55,665 bases of DNA. It comes from a virus. Lineage: Duplodnaviria > Caudoviricetes. The notes under the pieces are model-generated. The model saw only the letters and a program-made list of their open reading frames with translations. It was not told the origin of the DNA and did not search any database. Made by a program: the position numbers and the translations under genes. Positions 8,303-16,970 of this stretch are shown piece by piece (position 1 is the first letter of the stretch; the number at the start of each line of letters is the position of its first letter). The stretch covers positions 1 to 55,665 of the IMG/VR virus record IMGVR_UViG_3300020156_000035. One strand, written 5' to 3'.

Positions 8303-8490
8303 TTCCCCTCCTGCTCCCGTTCCTGGCGGACACGCTCAATATCATCGCGCAGGTAAAACGCCGTACTGCCCTTCTTCATGCGCTGGATATTGTAGGTTCC
8401 ATCCTTGACCCACTTACGCAGCAACCCCTCGCTTACGCCCAGGATTTGTACCGCTTCCACGGTGGTAATCCATTTCTCGAAGTCATCCAT
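8299..8490 (-). CDS. MerR/excisionase-like HTH DNA-binding protein
   Basis: WITTVEAVQILGVSEGLLRKWVKDG...YLRDDIER. Confidence 0.8.
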   Translation of the reverse strand: MDDFEKWITTVEAVQILGVSEGLLRKWVKDGTYNIQRMKKGSTAFYLRDDIERVRQEREQEGK

Positions 8491-8534
8491 GATGCAATCC
8501 CTCCGTTGTGTTACGTTCGTATGTTCGTAATATG

Positions 8535-8563
8535 ATTGTACGGTATTGCACCACGCTTTTCAA
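8535..8563 (-). promoter_or_regulatory. sigma70-type promoter for the HTH/membrane/par operon
   Basis: TTGAAA-17-TACAAT; TACGAAC direct repeats just downstream (8515-8529). Confidence 0.7.
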
Positions 8564-8582
8564 TCCCCCAAACATCGACAAA

Positions 8583-8614
8583 AATAGGGCGGGCGAAAAA
8601 TCACCCGCCCTATT
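8583..8614 (-). terminator. Intrinsic terminator
   Basis: AATAGGGCGGG/CCCGCCCTATT stem with a T-tract on the minus strand. Confidence 0.7.
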
Positions 8615-8616
8615 GT

Positions 8617-8766
8617 CTACCGCCTCAACCTGTCCGCGATCCACTCCGCCAGCCATTCGGCCAGCCCCGGCCCGCCCAGGTAGTACACCACCTGTTGCGT
8701 GATGATGGTCAGCCCCACGGCCCACACCACCACCTGCGCGGCAAGGGCGTACAGGTCACGGGGCAT
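8617..8766 (-). CDS. Small membrane protein (49 aa)
   Basis: Manual translation MPRDLYALAAQVVVWAVGLTIITQQVVYYLGG... Confidence 0.55.
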   Translation of the reverse strand: MPRDLYALAAQVVVWAVGLTIITQQVVYYLGGPGLAEWLAEWIADRLRR

Positions 8767-8769
8767 TGC

Positions 8770-8961
8770 CTACCATCCTTTGATCAGCCGGTAGATGACG
8801 GCGGCGCACAGCGGGACCAGCACAATCGCGGCGAGGACCACACCGACCAGCTTACCGATCCACAGCTGCGCCTGGTCAGGCGCGTGCAGGCCGATGGCAA
8901 AGCACAACCACACGCCCAGGATAAACAACGCCCCGCCGATGCCGATACCTAACCGCTTCAT
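8770..8961 (-). CDS. Small two-TM membrane protein
   Basis: MKRLGIGIGGALFILGVWLCF...; start coupled to the upstream stop. Confidence 0.65.
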   Translation of the reverse strand: MKRLGIGIGGALFILGVWLCFAIGLHAPDQAQLWIGKLVGVVLAAIVLVPLCAAVIYRLIKGW

Positions 8962-9389
8962 CGTTTCCCCCGTTCCACGTACTCGCTTTGGCGCTGCCAG
9001 TTGTGATCGTTGAGCCGCACCCACTCGCCGCCCTCGGGCAGTCCGGGCACTTCGCGGCTCTCGCCGGGCAGGTACACCGAGACTTTGGTGTCGGGCGTGA
9101 CCGGCAGTGACCAGGTATCCCGGCGCGCGTCGATCTGCGCCTGTTCGTGGGCGTGGTGGCGTTCGGTCGCGTTTTCCCGCTGCTGCTCTACCCACCTATC
9201 GTTCTCGTGCATCCCCAATTGGCGCTGCCCCTGTCCGGTGCTGTAGCCGGTCGAGCAGGAACCCTCGGGGCAAGGGTCGTGCTGGATATTGGGGCGCTGG
9301 TAGGTCTGCCGCCCGTCGGGGCGGTTGATCGCCCGCACCAGGGGGACGAGGACAATCAAGGCAATAACACCAATGACGGCGTATTCCAT
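8958..9389 (-). CDS. Membrane-anchored hypothetical protein
   Basis: N-terminal TM segment MEYAVIGVIALIVLVPLV. Confidence 0.6.
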   Translation of the reverse strand: MEYAVIGVIALIVLVPLVRAINRPDGRQTYQRPNIQHDPCPEGSCSTGYSTGQGQRQLGMHENDRWVEQQRENATERHHAHEQAQIDARRDTWSLPVTPDTKVSVYLPGESREVPGLPEGGEWVRLNDHNWQRQSEYVERGKR

Positions 9390-9589
9390 CACCGGCCCCC
9401 TTTCTGTCTGCGCGGTGCGACCGTCACCCATTCACCGTCAATCAGTACGGCGGTCCCGCTGGCTTCCGCCTCCTCGGGCCGGCTTGCCAGTTCCACCTCG
9501 GCCCGCGTCAGGTTGGCGTATTCGTCTGGGTGGATGGTCACAGATACCCGGCCATCGTTCAACTGCTTCGGTTGGCGCGTCGGGTTCAT
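9389..9589 (-). CDS. Hypothetical protein
   Basis: Translationally coupled ORF. Confidence 0.55.
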   Translation of the reverse strand: MNPTRQPKQLNDGRVSVTIHPDEYANLTRAEVELASRPEEAEASGTAVLIDGEWVTVAPRRQKGGR

Positions 9590-9842
9590 TGCTCACCGTC
9601 CTTCATTCGCTCAACCAACGGGGCTTCAACGTGCCGACTGTGACCCCACAGGCCAAACAGGACGGCTGCGGGCAGCAATACAACTGCGCAGCGAAGACAC
9701 AGAAGAGCTTCGGCGCTCATTGCTGCCCCCGTTCGCGCCGTTCTTCCTCCTGGCTGATCTGGCTGGACAGGACACATGGTGCGACCGCAAGCACGGCGAA
9801 CACCACACCAACGATTGTCAAAATAGCCCATACAGGCAACAT
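9586..9842 (-). CDS. Two tiny coupled single-TM proteins (9586-9720 and 9717-9842)
   Basis: MSAEALLCLRCAVVLLPAAVLFGLW and MLPVWAILTIVGVVFAVLAVAPCVL. Confidence 0.5.
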
Positions 9843-9931
9843 ATCCCCTCAACTTTCGTGTTACAATTCGTGTTGATCCCCTCTCTTACCTGCTCGCCCT
9901 TCAAGCTGTGCTGGTGAAAGGGGATCATTTG

Positions 9932-10201
9932 TTATCCGATAGTGCGCCTAATCGCGCCTTGCTGCTCTTGCCACCATGCCGGTAGTCGCTCTGGCTGTAC
10001 TGGCTCCGGCTGTGCCGGTTGGATCATCGGCCCCGGTTGGGGCTGCACCTGCTGCTGCTGGCTCCCGCCTCCGCCCGGTAAACTATCCGGCAGTGTTCCC
10101 GTTGTCGCTCCGATCAGCAGCCCAATCAAAATCGCTATCGGGATGCCAAACAGGAGCAGCAGCGTTATATCTGGTCCGCCGTTCCGTGTGTTTATTGCTA
10201 T
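9932..10201 (-). CDS. Single-TM Gln/Pro-rich protein, possibly with an ATA start
   Basis: AGGAGG is followed only by in-frame ATA codons before the TM segment ITLLLLFGIPIAILIGLLIG. Confidence 0.5.
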   Translation of the reverse strand: MAINTRNGGPDITLLLLFGIPIAILIGLLIGATTGTLPDSLPGGGGSQQQQVQPQPGPMIQPAQPEPVQPERLPAWWQEQQGAIRRTIG

Positions 10202-10237
10202 TCGCCTCCTTCCTGGGATTGGTTGGTTTCATCCATT

Positions 10238-10573
10238 TCATCCCGCTGCTGCAATGCTGATGAGATAGACCGCGCCCAGGCACAGAACGGCAAGCGCCAG
10301 CGTGGACACGATCAGCCAGAATTGAAACTTTAGATCAGCCCGCCGTTCCGCTACCGTCATCACCCTAGCAATGTCGATTTGCCATTCGATGCCCCGTGCC
10401 ATGTGATAGCGCGACATTTCCGTGATGTCGTTCCAGCACGCCTCGCGGCTCATGTAGTGCTTGGCCTTTTTGCGGTCTTCCGTGTAGGTGCTGCCGCTGG
10501 TCAGCCAAAACCGCGCTTTGCCGTCGCGGTAGCCGACAACGATTAGTCGCAACCCGTCATCCTGATTGTTCAC
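10238..10573 (-). CDS. Hypothetical protein with C-terminal TM segment
   Basis: Coupled ORF with GGAGG RBS. Confidence 0.6.
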   Translation of the reverse strand: MNNQDDGLRLIVVGYRDGKARFWLTSGSTYTEDRKKAKHYMSREACWNDITEMSRYHMARGIEWQIDIARVMTVAERRADLKFQFWLIVSTLALAVLCLGAVYLISIAAAG

Positions 10574-10875
10574 GCCTCACCTCCCTTCGTCAATTCCTTC
10601 GCCTTCACCACCGGGCAAAAGTCGTATGTGAACCCGTCACCGTGCTTACAGTCCATCGAGTGTGTGACGTGGTAGATGACCTCGCTCAACGCCGCCCGCA
10701 GCTCGTCCCGCTCGGCTTGCAGGCTGTCACGTTCTGCCATTACCTTTCGCAGTTCCCGCGCCAAACTGCGTACACCATGCGCGTGGTACAGTGCGGTATA
10801 GCGCGGCTTCGTGCCGGTGATTTCCAATTCCGCTTCATCAATAGCGATTTGTAAATCCTTATCAATTCCGCTCAT
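10570..10875 (-). CDS. Hypothetical coiled-coil phage protein
   Basis: Coupled ORF; AERD repeats. Confidence 0.6.
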   Translation of the reverse strand: MSGIDKDLQIAIDEAELEITGTKPRYTALYHAHGVRSLARELRKVMAERDSLQAERDELRAALSEVIYHVTHSMDCKHGDGFTYDFCPVVKAKELTKGGEA

Positions 10876-11093
10876 CCCTCCCCTCCCTCCTGCCGCTGGG
10901 CGGCTTTGCGCCCCGGCTTGCGTTCGCGGCCCAACCGCTCCACGTCCTCGCGGTTGTACAGCCGCGCCCGTTCGCCGCCCAACGTTCTGACAATCCCGGC
11001 CTGACCCCAGGCCCGCACCGTGCTTTCGGCGCGGTTGGCAACTTCTGCGGCCTTCGCAATCGGCAACCAGCGTTCGCGCTCATCCTCGGTCAT
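10872..11093 (-). CDS. MerR-like HTH protein
   Basis: WLPIAKAAEVANRAESTVRAW...RLYNREDVERL. Confidence 0.75.
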   Translation of the reverse strand: MTEDERERWLPIAKAAEVANRAESTVRAWGQAGIVRTLGGERARLYNREDVERLGRERKPGRKAAQRQEGGEG

Positions 11094-11371
11094 GGCTGTT
11101 CGCCCTTTGCTTTGGTAATCGCAACGCGGGCGATTTCTGCCATTTGCTGCCCTTTGCCGAACTGCCCGCCCAGGCGATAGATTTCCTCTAACGCCGCCAA
11201 TAAATCCGGCGCAGCGGCGATCAAAAGAGCATCGGCTTCACGGTTGTCATTGTTTTCGTCAAGCGTGCAGATGTCAACGGGTGGCTTCTCGCCCGAATTG
11301 TTGTTGGCAATCGCGGGGATTTTATGTTTCCCGATGCGCCATATGTTCCATGGTCCCGGTGTGTGTATCAT
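11090..11371 (-). CDS. Conserved small phage protein (HTPGPW...LIAAAPDLL type)
   Basis: Characteristic motif pair; GGAGGG RBS. Confidence 0.75.
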   Translation of the reverse strand: MIHTPGPWNIWRIGKHKIPAIANNNSGEKPPVDICTLDENNDNREADALLIAAAPDLLAALEEIYRLGGQFGKGQQMAEIARVAITKAKGEQP

Positions 11372-11390
11372 GTTCCCTCCACATAATATA

Positions 11391-11439
11391 GCGTTATCGC
11401 TTACATATACAATTATAGCGATAACGCGCACAAATACAA
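11391..11439 (-). promoter_or_regulatory. Promoter with an inverted-repeat operator
   Basis: TTGTAT-16-TATAAT; perfect 11-bp IR GCGTTATCGCT-N15-AGCGATAACGC across the -10/+1 region. Confidence 0.7.
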
Positions 11440-11524
11440 CCCCCCAATTCCCCGAAACCGGGATGAATTTCCGCCCTGCTGCCGGTGAGCAGGGCGGGGT
11501 CAATGTCACAGGTTGCCACCCGCA

Positions 11525-11836
11525 TCAAATTTGAAAATCATAGGGATCAGCAATCCATCCGGCTACATCCGCCCGATGGTGCCATTTCACCCAATACCCA
11601 GGAATGCTCCCATACGAGAAGTGTTCAATAAATTCATCCCTTGCCATTTCGCGGGTTTTCCCATCTCTCGGTAATTTGCAGGGCGGGTTGGCTTCCATGA
11701 TGGTTATATGCGTGTCCGTCACTTTCAGCACAACCACATAGTACGAATACATTTCGTGAAACATATCCCCGACCGTTGGGTTTTTCATCGCTAGATCGGT
11801 TGGATCATTTTTGTCTAAGTTCTTGAAGTCGATCAT
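11525..11836 (-). CDS. Hypothetical protein
   Basis: Coupled to the RusA-like gene. Confidence 0.6.
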   Translation of the reverse strand: MIDFKNLDKNDPTDLAMKNPTVGDMFHEMYSYYVVVLKVTDTHITIMEANPPCKLPRDGKTREMARDEFIEHFSYGSIPGYWVKWHHRADVAGWIADPYDFQI

Positions 11837-12432
11837 TTCCCCTCCATCGGTTGAATTGTCACGGTCACCTTGCCGCCCTTGACCACCTCGCCCCATTCCA
11901 GCACCACGCGGCGGATCTGGCTGTCGTCAATGCCAAGGGCGCGGCAGATGCCATCCTGTTTCGGCTTGCACGAGCTGTACAGGTTGTCCAAATCTCTATG
12001 CCGTTTGTCTGGCGGGCGGAACGTGACAACGGCCTGATAGGGCGGCTCCGCGTTGAAGCTGGCACAAAGCTGGCGGACTTTCTCGAAAGCGTCATCCCGA
12101 GCCTTTTCTTTTGGGGATAGCTTCGCCGCCCAACACACACGACTGTTTGGGGATAATCGCTTGTCAGGCCAATCCAACTCGACCGCGATTATCCCCCCTT
12201 CGCTCTGCGCCTTGCTCGTTCCCCCCGGTACTTTCGCAGAACTACCGGTATTTCGTGTCGGTCTTCGCTGCATGATTACCTCTATCGCGTTGCTAATATC
12301 CCGGTCCAGTAATTCGCTAATCAGCGGGTCGGGCGGCTCAACCGCTTCCAGGATCGCCCGCGCGCGGGGCAAGTCAATCTCGCCGCGCTCAAACATCGCG
12401 TGTAGTTCGGCCTGTGCGTCTGCTCTGTCCAT
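11833..12432 (-). CDS. rusA: RusA-like Holliday junction resolvase
   Basis: LSPN...FRPPDKRHRDLDNL...K...DG...GIDDSQI. Confidence 0.75.
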   Translation of the reverse strand: MDRADAQAELHAMFERGEIDLPRARAILEAVEPPDPLISELLDRDISNAIEVIMQRRPTRNTGSSAKVPGGTSKAQSEGGIIAVELDWPDKRLSPNSRVCWAAKLSPKEKARDDAFEKVRQLCASFNAEPPYQAVVTFRPPDKRHRDLDNLYSSCKPKQDGICRALGIDDSQIRRVVLEWGEVVKGGKVTVTIQPMEGK

Positions 12433-12460
12433 GCTGCCCCCATGCCGGCGGGTGGTCCGC

Positions 12461-12820
12461 CTAAATCATCGCCGGTGTGTATACCGCCTGTTTTGGTTTG
12501 CGCTTGCGCAGGTGGTAGGGCTTGCGCAGCGCCTTGCGAATTTCGCGCTCCTCCATCTGGTACAGCACCAGTTGCGCGTCCTCGTCGGCCATGTGCTGAC
12601 ACTCGCGGATAAAACGCTCCTCGTTGGTCGGGGCGGGGATTTCAAACGGGGCTTTGCCCTGCCACATAAACGCCCAGTTGGGGCAGGTGAGCTGGTGGTT
12701 GTGCAGGCGCACGAGTAGCCGCTGCACCAGATAGAGTTCGTAGCGCCGTTTGCATTGGAAGGCGAGCCGCAGTTGGCGGTCAAGCCGCCGGCAGGTTGCG
12801 CAGTCGTGTTTCTGTCTCAT
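12461..12820 (-). CDS. Hypothetical protein (CxxC...HxxxC)
   Basis: ORF within the operon. Confidence 0.55.
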   Translation of the reverse strand: MRQKHDCATCRRLDRQLRLAFQCKRRYELYLVQRLLVRLHNHQLTCPNWAFMWQGKAPFEIPAPTNEERFIRECQHMADEDAQLVLYQMEEREIRKALRKPYHLRKRKPKQAVYTPAMI

Positions 12821-12874
12821 CGTTTACCTCGCTAGAAATGTCAACCGCCCCGGTGAGGGGGCGGCTGGTGGTGG

Positions 12875-13231
12875 TTATGCGGTTGGTTTTTCGATATATG
12901 TCTTTCCGAACTTGAACGTACCTTTGACGGTTCGCTTTTGCCAGAATGGGCAGCCGTGTTGCAGGTGGCGATCATCGCCGTTTACACGATCCTTTTGGAT
13001 CTCGCAAGCTGCCATGTATCCCCAATTGCATTGATCTTGCCCGTCCTCCAACCAGTGATGATCCCAGTATTCCGCTTTCAAATGTCCGCAGGTGGCGCAA
13101 GCTCTGGCGCTCTCGCTGTAGAAACACTGTTCCTCATGCTTCTTTGCGGCTGTAATGCTGGCGTATGCCTTACCGCAGTGATCACAGGCGTGGCGCGTTA
13201 CCTTGTGTGGCATCTCGTTATCCTCCCTCAC
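12875..13231 (-). CDS. Zinc-finger protein
   Basis: CDHCGKAY...HEEQC, CATCGH. Confidence 0.65.
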   Translation of the reverse strand: MREDNEMPHKVTRHACDHCGKAYASITAAKKHEEQCFYSESARACATCGHLKAEYWDHHWLEDGQDQCNWGYMAACEIQKDRVNGDDRHLQHGCPFWQKRTVKGTFKFGKTYIEKPTA

Positions 13232-13240
13232 CCTCGCGGG

Positions 13241-13645
13241 TTAGTCTTTCGCCGGTATGATTTCATCGTTTTTCAGCAGTTTGCTGTAGCGCACCCATGA
13301 CGGTATCGCCACGTTATATAGTTCGTTTCGCACTTCCGCCCCGGTCACCAGTGGTTCTATCGGGCGCTTGCCCTCCCACAGTTCCCGGTGCGCCTTGGCG
13401 AACTGCGTTACCCCCTCGTAATCGCAGTAGCCAACCACATACATACCCGCCGCATCGGGATAAGCGATTATGCGCGGCTCTCCAACCGTGTAGTCTTTGG
13501 CGTGCATCAGGACATCGTTCGGCCACATATCCGGCGGGTAGTAAATCCAGTAGTTTTTGAGCGCCCTAACGTCTGGTTTGGCCGTTGTAGGTGCGGGCCT
13601 TGCCGTTGCTGCTGGCGTAGCTTGGCGGTTTGCGGGTATTGCCAT
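13241..13645 (-). CDS. Hypothetical protein
   Basis: ORF overlapping the end of dnaB. Confidence 0.55.
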   Translation of the reverse strand: MAIPANRQATPAATARPAPTTAKPDVRALKNYWIYYPPDMWPNDVLMHAKDYTVGEPRIIAYPDAAGMYVVGYCDYEGVTQFAKAHRELWEGKRPIEPLVTGAEVRNELYNVAIPSWVRYSKLLKNDEIIPAKD

Positions 13646-14999
13646 CGTCATCATCCTTTTTTTCCACTTTTTCCACAGCGCCAAAGAAGGGGTAATCCTT
13701 CATCGCCTGCATGTGGAACACGGCCTTTTTGAGTTTGCGGCGGGATTTGCGGAAGACAAACGTGCGGTAATGCTCGTAGCGCGGCGCGTTTTCGTCCTCG
13801 GGTACATGCTCCATCATAAACAGCGCTTTGTCGCAGTCGTAACCAATCCCCGCGCCGCCGCTGCTGTGTTCCAGTTCCGGCGCTTCGCTTGCCATGCCAG
13901 ATTTATTCATGGAGTGAATGACAATCCCGGCAATGTCCAGGTCGCGGCAGATTTGCTTTAGTTGGATGCTGATATAGTTTTCCCGCTCGGTTTCGCTGGC
14001 TCCGTAGTTGTCGCGTAAGAATTTCAGGTAGTCCACCGCAAACCAGCGGATATTGTGCTCGGCCTTCATGCGGGTAAGATCAGCCCGCAGCGTGACCGTG
14101 TTCCAGCTGCCGGAGAAGTCCAGGAACAGGTTGGGGTTATTGCACATCTTCTCAAACGCGTGCGTGTACAGAGGCCATTCCTCGTCCAGCAGGGTAGCCG
14201 TCTCTAGCCGTTCGGTGGGGATTTGCGTTTCGCGGCTAAATTCCCGGTCCATGATTTCTTCCTGGCTGGTTTCACACTGATAAATCGCGCCCGCGTACCC
14301 GTTCCCGGCCAGCTGCGCCCCGATCTGGTGCATCCACTTGGTTTTGCCAAACCCCGGCTTGCCGATCAGCAGCAGCAGTTCGCCGTTGCGCAGCCCGCCC
14401 ACCGTGGCGTCGTCAAAGTCCAGCATTCCGGTTTTCATCACCCGCTTTTGTGCTTCCTCGGGGTGTTGGTGTGCTTCCGACAGGCGGTCATAATGCTGGC
14501 TGGCGTATACGCTAATATTCTGCGCGCCACCCTTCACCTTGACCAGTTTGGGGATGCGCGCCGAAAATGTGTTGATCGTGTCATTGACCGGTTTGGAGCG
14601 GTCCATAATCTGGCGGAGGAAGTCTTGCCCCTCGCGGAATGCCCGCCGGCGCGTTGCCAGCTCTTGCAGTTCCACGGCGTATTCCACCGGGCGGGCGGTC
14701 ACAAAACCAACCTGGTTATTGAACACATCGGCCAGATAATCAAACCCGCCCGCCGCGTCATACTGCTTCATGCCGATCAGGTGGTTTTCCATCGTCTCGT
14801 AGTCGATGCCGATGTTCCGCGCTGCCATCTGGCGCATGGCGGTAAAAATGGTGCGGTTGCGGTGGTCGTGGAAGTCATCCGGTTCCAGGTCCACCAATTT
14901 CAGGTCGTCCGGGAACGTGACCAGCGCGTGAAGCAAACCGCGCTCCAATTGGACATTGGATAGCTTGAGTAGGTAGGTATCAGCGGATTGTGTGGTCAT
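13566..14999 (-). CDS. dnaB: DnaB-like replicative helicase
   Basis: N-terminal domain (DDFHDHRNRTIF), Walker A GKPGFGKT, VDYL, LKQICRDLDI. Confidence 0.9.
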   Translation of the reverse strand: MTTQSADTYLLKLSNVQLERGLLHALVTFPDDLKLVDLEPDDFHDHRNRTIFTAMRQMAARNIGIDYETMENHLIGMKQYDAAGGFDYLADVFNNQVGFVTARPVEYAVELQELATRRRAFREGQDFLRQIMDRSKPVNDTINTFSARIPKLVKVKGGAQNISVYASQHYDRLSEAHQHPEEAQKRVMKTGMLDFDDATVGGLRNGELLLLIGKPGFGKTKWMHQIGAQLAGNGYAGAIYQCETSQEEIMDREFSRETQIPTERLETATLLDEEWPLYTHAFEKMCNNPNLFLDFSGSWNTVTLRADLTRMKAEHNIRWFAVDYLKFLRDNYGASETERENYISIQLKQICRDLDIAGIVIHSMNKSGMASEAPELEHSSGGAGIGYDCDKALFMMEHVPEDENAPRYEHYRTFVFRKSRRKLKKAVFHMQAMKDYPFFGAVEKVEKKDDDDGNTRKPPSYASSNGKARTYNGQTRR

Positions 15000-15011
15000 G
15001 CTTTCCCCCTT

Positions 15012-15860
15012 TTAGACGGGCCGATAAACCGATGCGCGCACACTCGCTATTGGCGTGCTCTGGCGAGTGGTTGCTTTGCCATTGGTATTGGTGGGCGCTT
15101 TGAGTTTTCCCCACGTTTCCCGGATATGCGAGAGGGAAGGGGCCTCGCCGCGCTGCCCGCGCCAATCCCATGAGTACCAAATCCCCCCTTTGGAATAGTC
15201 GCGCTGGATTTGCGGCAGGTCTTGAATGGTGTAATATTTCTTCGCCTCCGCCATCAAGCGGCCTTTGTTTTTCTGAAAGTCCATTCCCGTGACATCTGCT
15301 AACCCCATAGCAATCTGGAACAGGTCGTCATTTCCCTTTTTGCCTTTGGCCTTCTTTTCTTCTTTCGGCTGGTCGTCACTGGAAGGGATTTCGCGCGCTC
15401 CGCCGGCAGGCGGTATATTTGACGTTTTAATATGGGGGTTAATTGACGGTTCGTGTGACATAGCTATGTCACCGTTTTCCTCTTTTTTGTCACCGTTTTT
15501 CGCAGAAATGTCACCGTTTTCTATTAATTCGTCTGACAAAATGTCACCGTTTTTCGGTGGTCTTCCGCGCCCTTTTGGTCTGAAATCCTCCCGTTGGGGC
15601 AGGGCCTTGGTGTTGACCTTGTACACGTTTGTACCCAAATAGCTCTCGCCCATCGCAACAAGGATCTTGGCCGTGATAAGTTCTTGGGTAATCCGCTGCA
15701 CCTGGCGTTCGCTGTATCCGGTCTTCCAGGCAATAAGCGGAACAGACGGGAAAATGTTTTCCCCGTTATGGTCTGCATGGTCCGCATAGGCCAGGAGGAT
15801 GTATTTTTGATCTCGCGGAAGGTCCGCGTCGAAGACTAAGCCCATGATTTTTCCGCTCAT
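15012..15860 (-). CDS. Phage replication initiator (lambda O-like, N-terminal wHTH)
   Basis: KYILLAYADHA...FPSVPLIAWKTGYSERQVQR; internal iterons; lies upstream of dnaB. Confidence 0.85.
   Translation of the reverse strand: MSGKIMGLVFDADLPRDQKYILLAYADHADHNGENIFPSVPLIAWKTGYSERQVQRITQELITAKILVAMGESYLGTNVYKVNTKALPQREDFRPKGRGRPPKNGDILSDELIENGDISAKNGDKKEENGDIAMSHEPSINPHIKTSNIPPAGGAREIPSSDDQPKEEKKAKGKKGNDDLFQIAMGLADVTGMDFQKNKGRLMAEAKKYYTIQDLPQIQRDYSKGGIWYSWDWRGQRGEAPSLSHIRETWGKLKAPTNTNGKATTRQSTPIASVRASVYRPV
15466..15554. repeat. Four iterons TGTCACCGTTTT, probable replication origin
   Basis: Copies at 15467, 15488, 15509 and 15542 (spacing 21/21/33) inside the initiator gene. Confidence 0.8.
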
Positions 15861-15868
15861 ATTTACCT

Positions 15869-16465
15869 CTAATCCGGTGTTTCGCCGTGTTCAAATCTGG
15901 CCGCGCGAGCTTTGTTGATAGGAAAATCGCAAGCCCCGGCCTCGTGATGGTCTCTATGCTCTGGGTCGCATAGCTCTGTCCAGACGTGTTGAAAATTCTC
16001 GTCACGGAATAAAGTTCGATCACCCCTGAGGAGTTTTGGGTCGTTATCTGAAATTGACAATGTGAACTTATTGCAGGAATTGCAGTAGCACCAGGAGATT
16101 TCGTTCTGGTATGCCCCGCCACCGGAATCGCAAAGATCCCAGCAGAACAAAGTTCCTCCGTCCCATCCTCGCCAGGATAAGGACGGAACTCCCTGGAAGC
16201 AGATTGTCGGGGCTATATGTGAGAGTGCCCGCAGCTGGTTTTCAACCTGGTCGGTCATTCCCTTCTCTGGCTTGATTTCTACGAAACAGCCAAAGTCAGG
16301 TAAGTAAAAATCGGGCAGGTAATAACCATGCTTGCCGAGGTCAAATCCCTCTTTCTCGTATTCCCACCTTATATGGGCGGCATCGAAAAACACCGCCCAC
16401 CGCGCCTCTAACCGGCTGCGGAACCGATACCCCCTGTAGTAGGTCTCGATAGGTTTGATATTCAT
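15869..16465 (-). CDS. PD-(D/E)XK nuclease-like phage protein
   Basis: YRFRSRLEARWAVFFD...YLPDF...FVEIKP. Confidence 0.8.
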   Translation of the reverse strand: MNIKPIETYYRGYRFRSRLEARWAVFFDAAHIRWEYEKEGFDLGKHGYYLPDFYLPDFGCFVEIKPEKGMTDQVENQLRALSHIAPTICFQGVPSLSWRGWDGGTLFCWDLCDSGGGAYQNEISWCYCNSCNKFTLSISDNDPKLLRGDRTLFRDENFQHVWTELCDPEHRDHHEAGACDFPINKARAARFEHGETPD

Positions 16466-16466
16466 T

Positions 16467-16696
16467 TCGCCAGGACCCTATTTGCCTTTCCGGGCCTTAA
16501 ATAACAAAAGCCCGCGTCGTTTTTGCTGGGGTCCTGGCGAGACTAGCAATCGCAAACGCGGGCTATTTGTTGTGAACCTAGTTTACCACAATTGATATAA
16601 CAATTGCAATAACTAAGTTGTCTACAAAATAAAAAAGCCCAGCCGCAACATGTTCTTTTTACGGAACACTGCGATTGCTATTAGTCCGCCAGGACC
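16467..16696 (-). ncRNA. C4/CI-like antisense RNA leader with targets upstream and at the start codon
   Basis: Hairpin 16501-16573 presents sequence complementary to 16670-16680, 16687-16696 and 16467-16478. Confidence 0.7.
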
Positions 16697-16709
16697 TCTG
16701 TCATATATA

Positions 16710-16738
16710 ATAATACAGCAGTTCGCGGTAAGATGCAA
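16710..16738 (-). promoter_or_regulatory. Promoter for the antisense leader and replication operon
   Basis: TTGCAT-17-TATTAT. Confidence 0.65.
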
Positions 16739-16773
16739 GTAGATAATTTAAAACAATTGTTCTATCATCCCGC

Positions 16774-16968
16774 TTACTCTTTGCGGATCACCAGCCAATC
16801 TTCGCCGTCCTCCGCCTCTGCCGCGTCCGCAGCGGCCAGCACCGCCAGCAGCATGTCGGTTGGCACGCCCTCGCCGCACATGACGCAGCGGGTTGTATCG
16901 GTCGGGGTAGGGCTGGTGATGTTGGTTGCCCCGCACGGGCAGGACCAGGTGATCAGGCTGTGGCACAT
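16774..16968 (-). CDS. Small Zn-ribbon protein
   Basis: CPCG...CVMCGE. Confidence 0.55.
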   Translation of the reverse strand: MCHSLITWSCPCGATNITSPTPTDTTRCVMCGEGVPTDMLLAVLAAADAAEAEDGEDWLVIRKE

Positions 16969-16970
16969 GG

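Noticed and set aside
8299-8490. Excisionase as evidence of integration
   Set aside because: No integrase or att site nearby; more simply an autoregulatory HTH.
11446-11470. Solitary CRISPR repeat (TTCCCCG-AAAC-CGGGGATGAA resembles type I-E repeats)
   Set aside because: Single copy with a shortened loop and non-matching ends, and no promoter in that orientation; probably a generic hairpin. No CRISPR array was seen anywhere.
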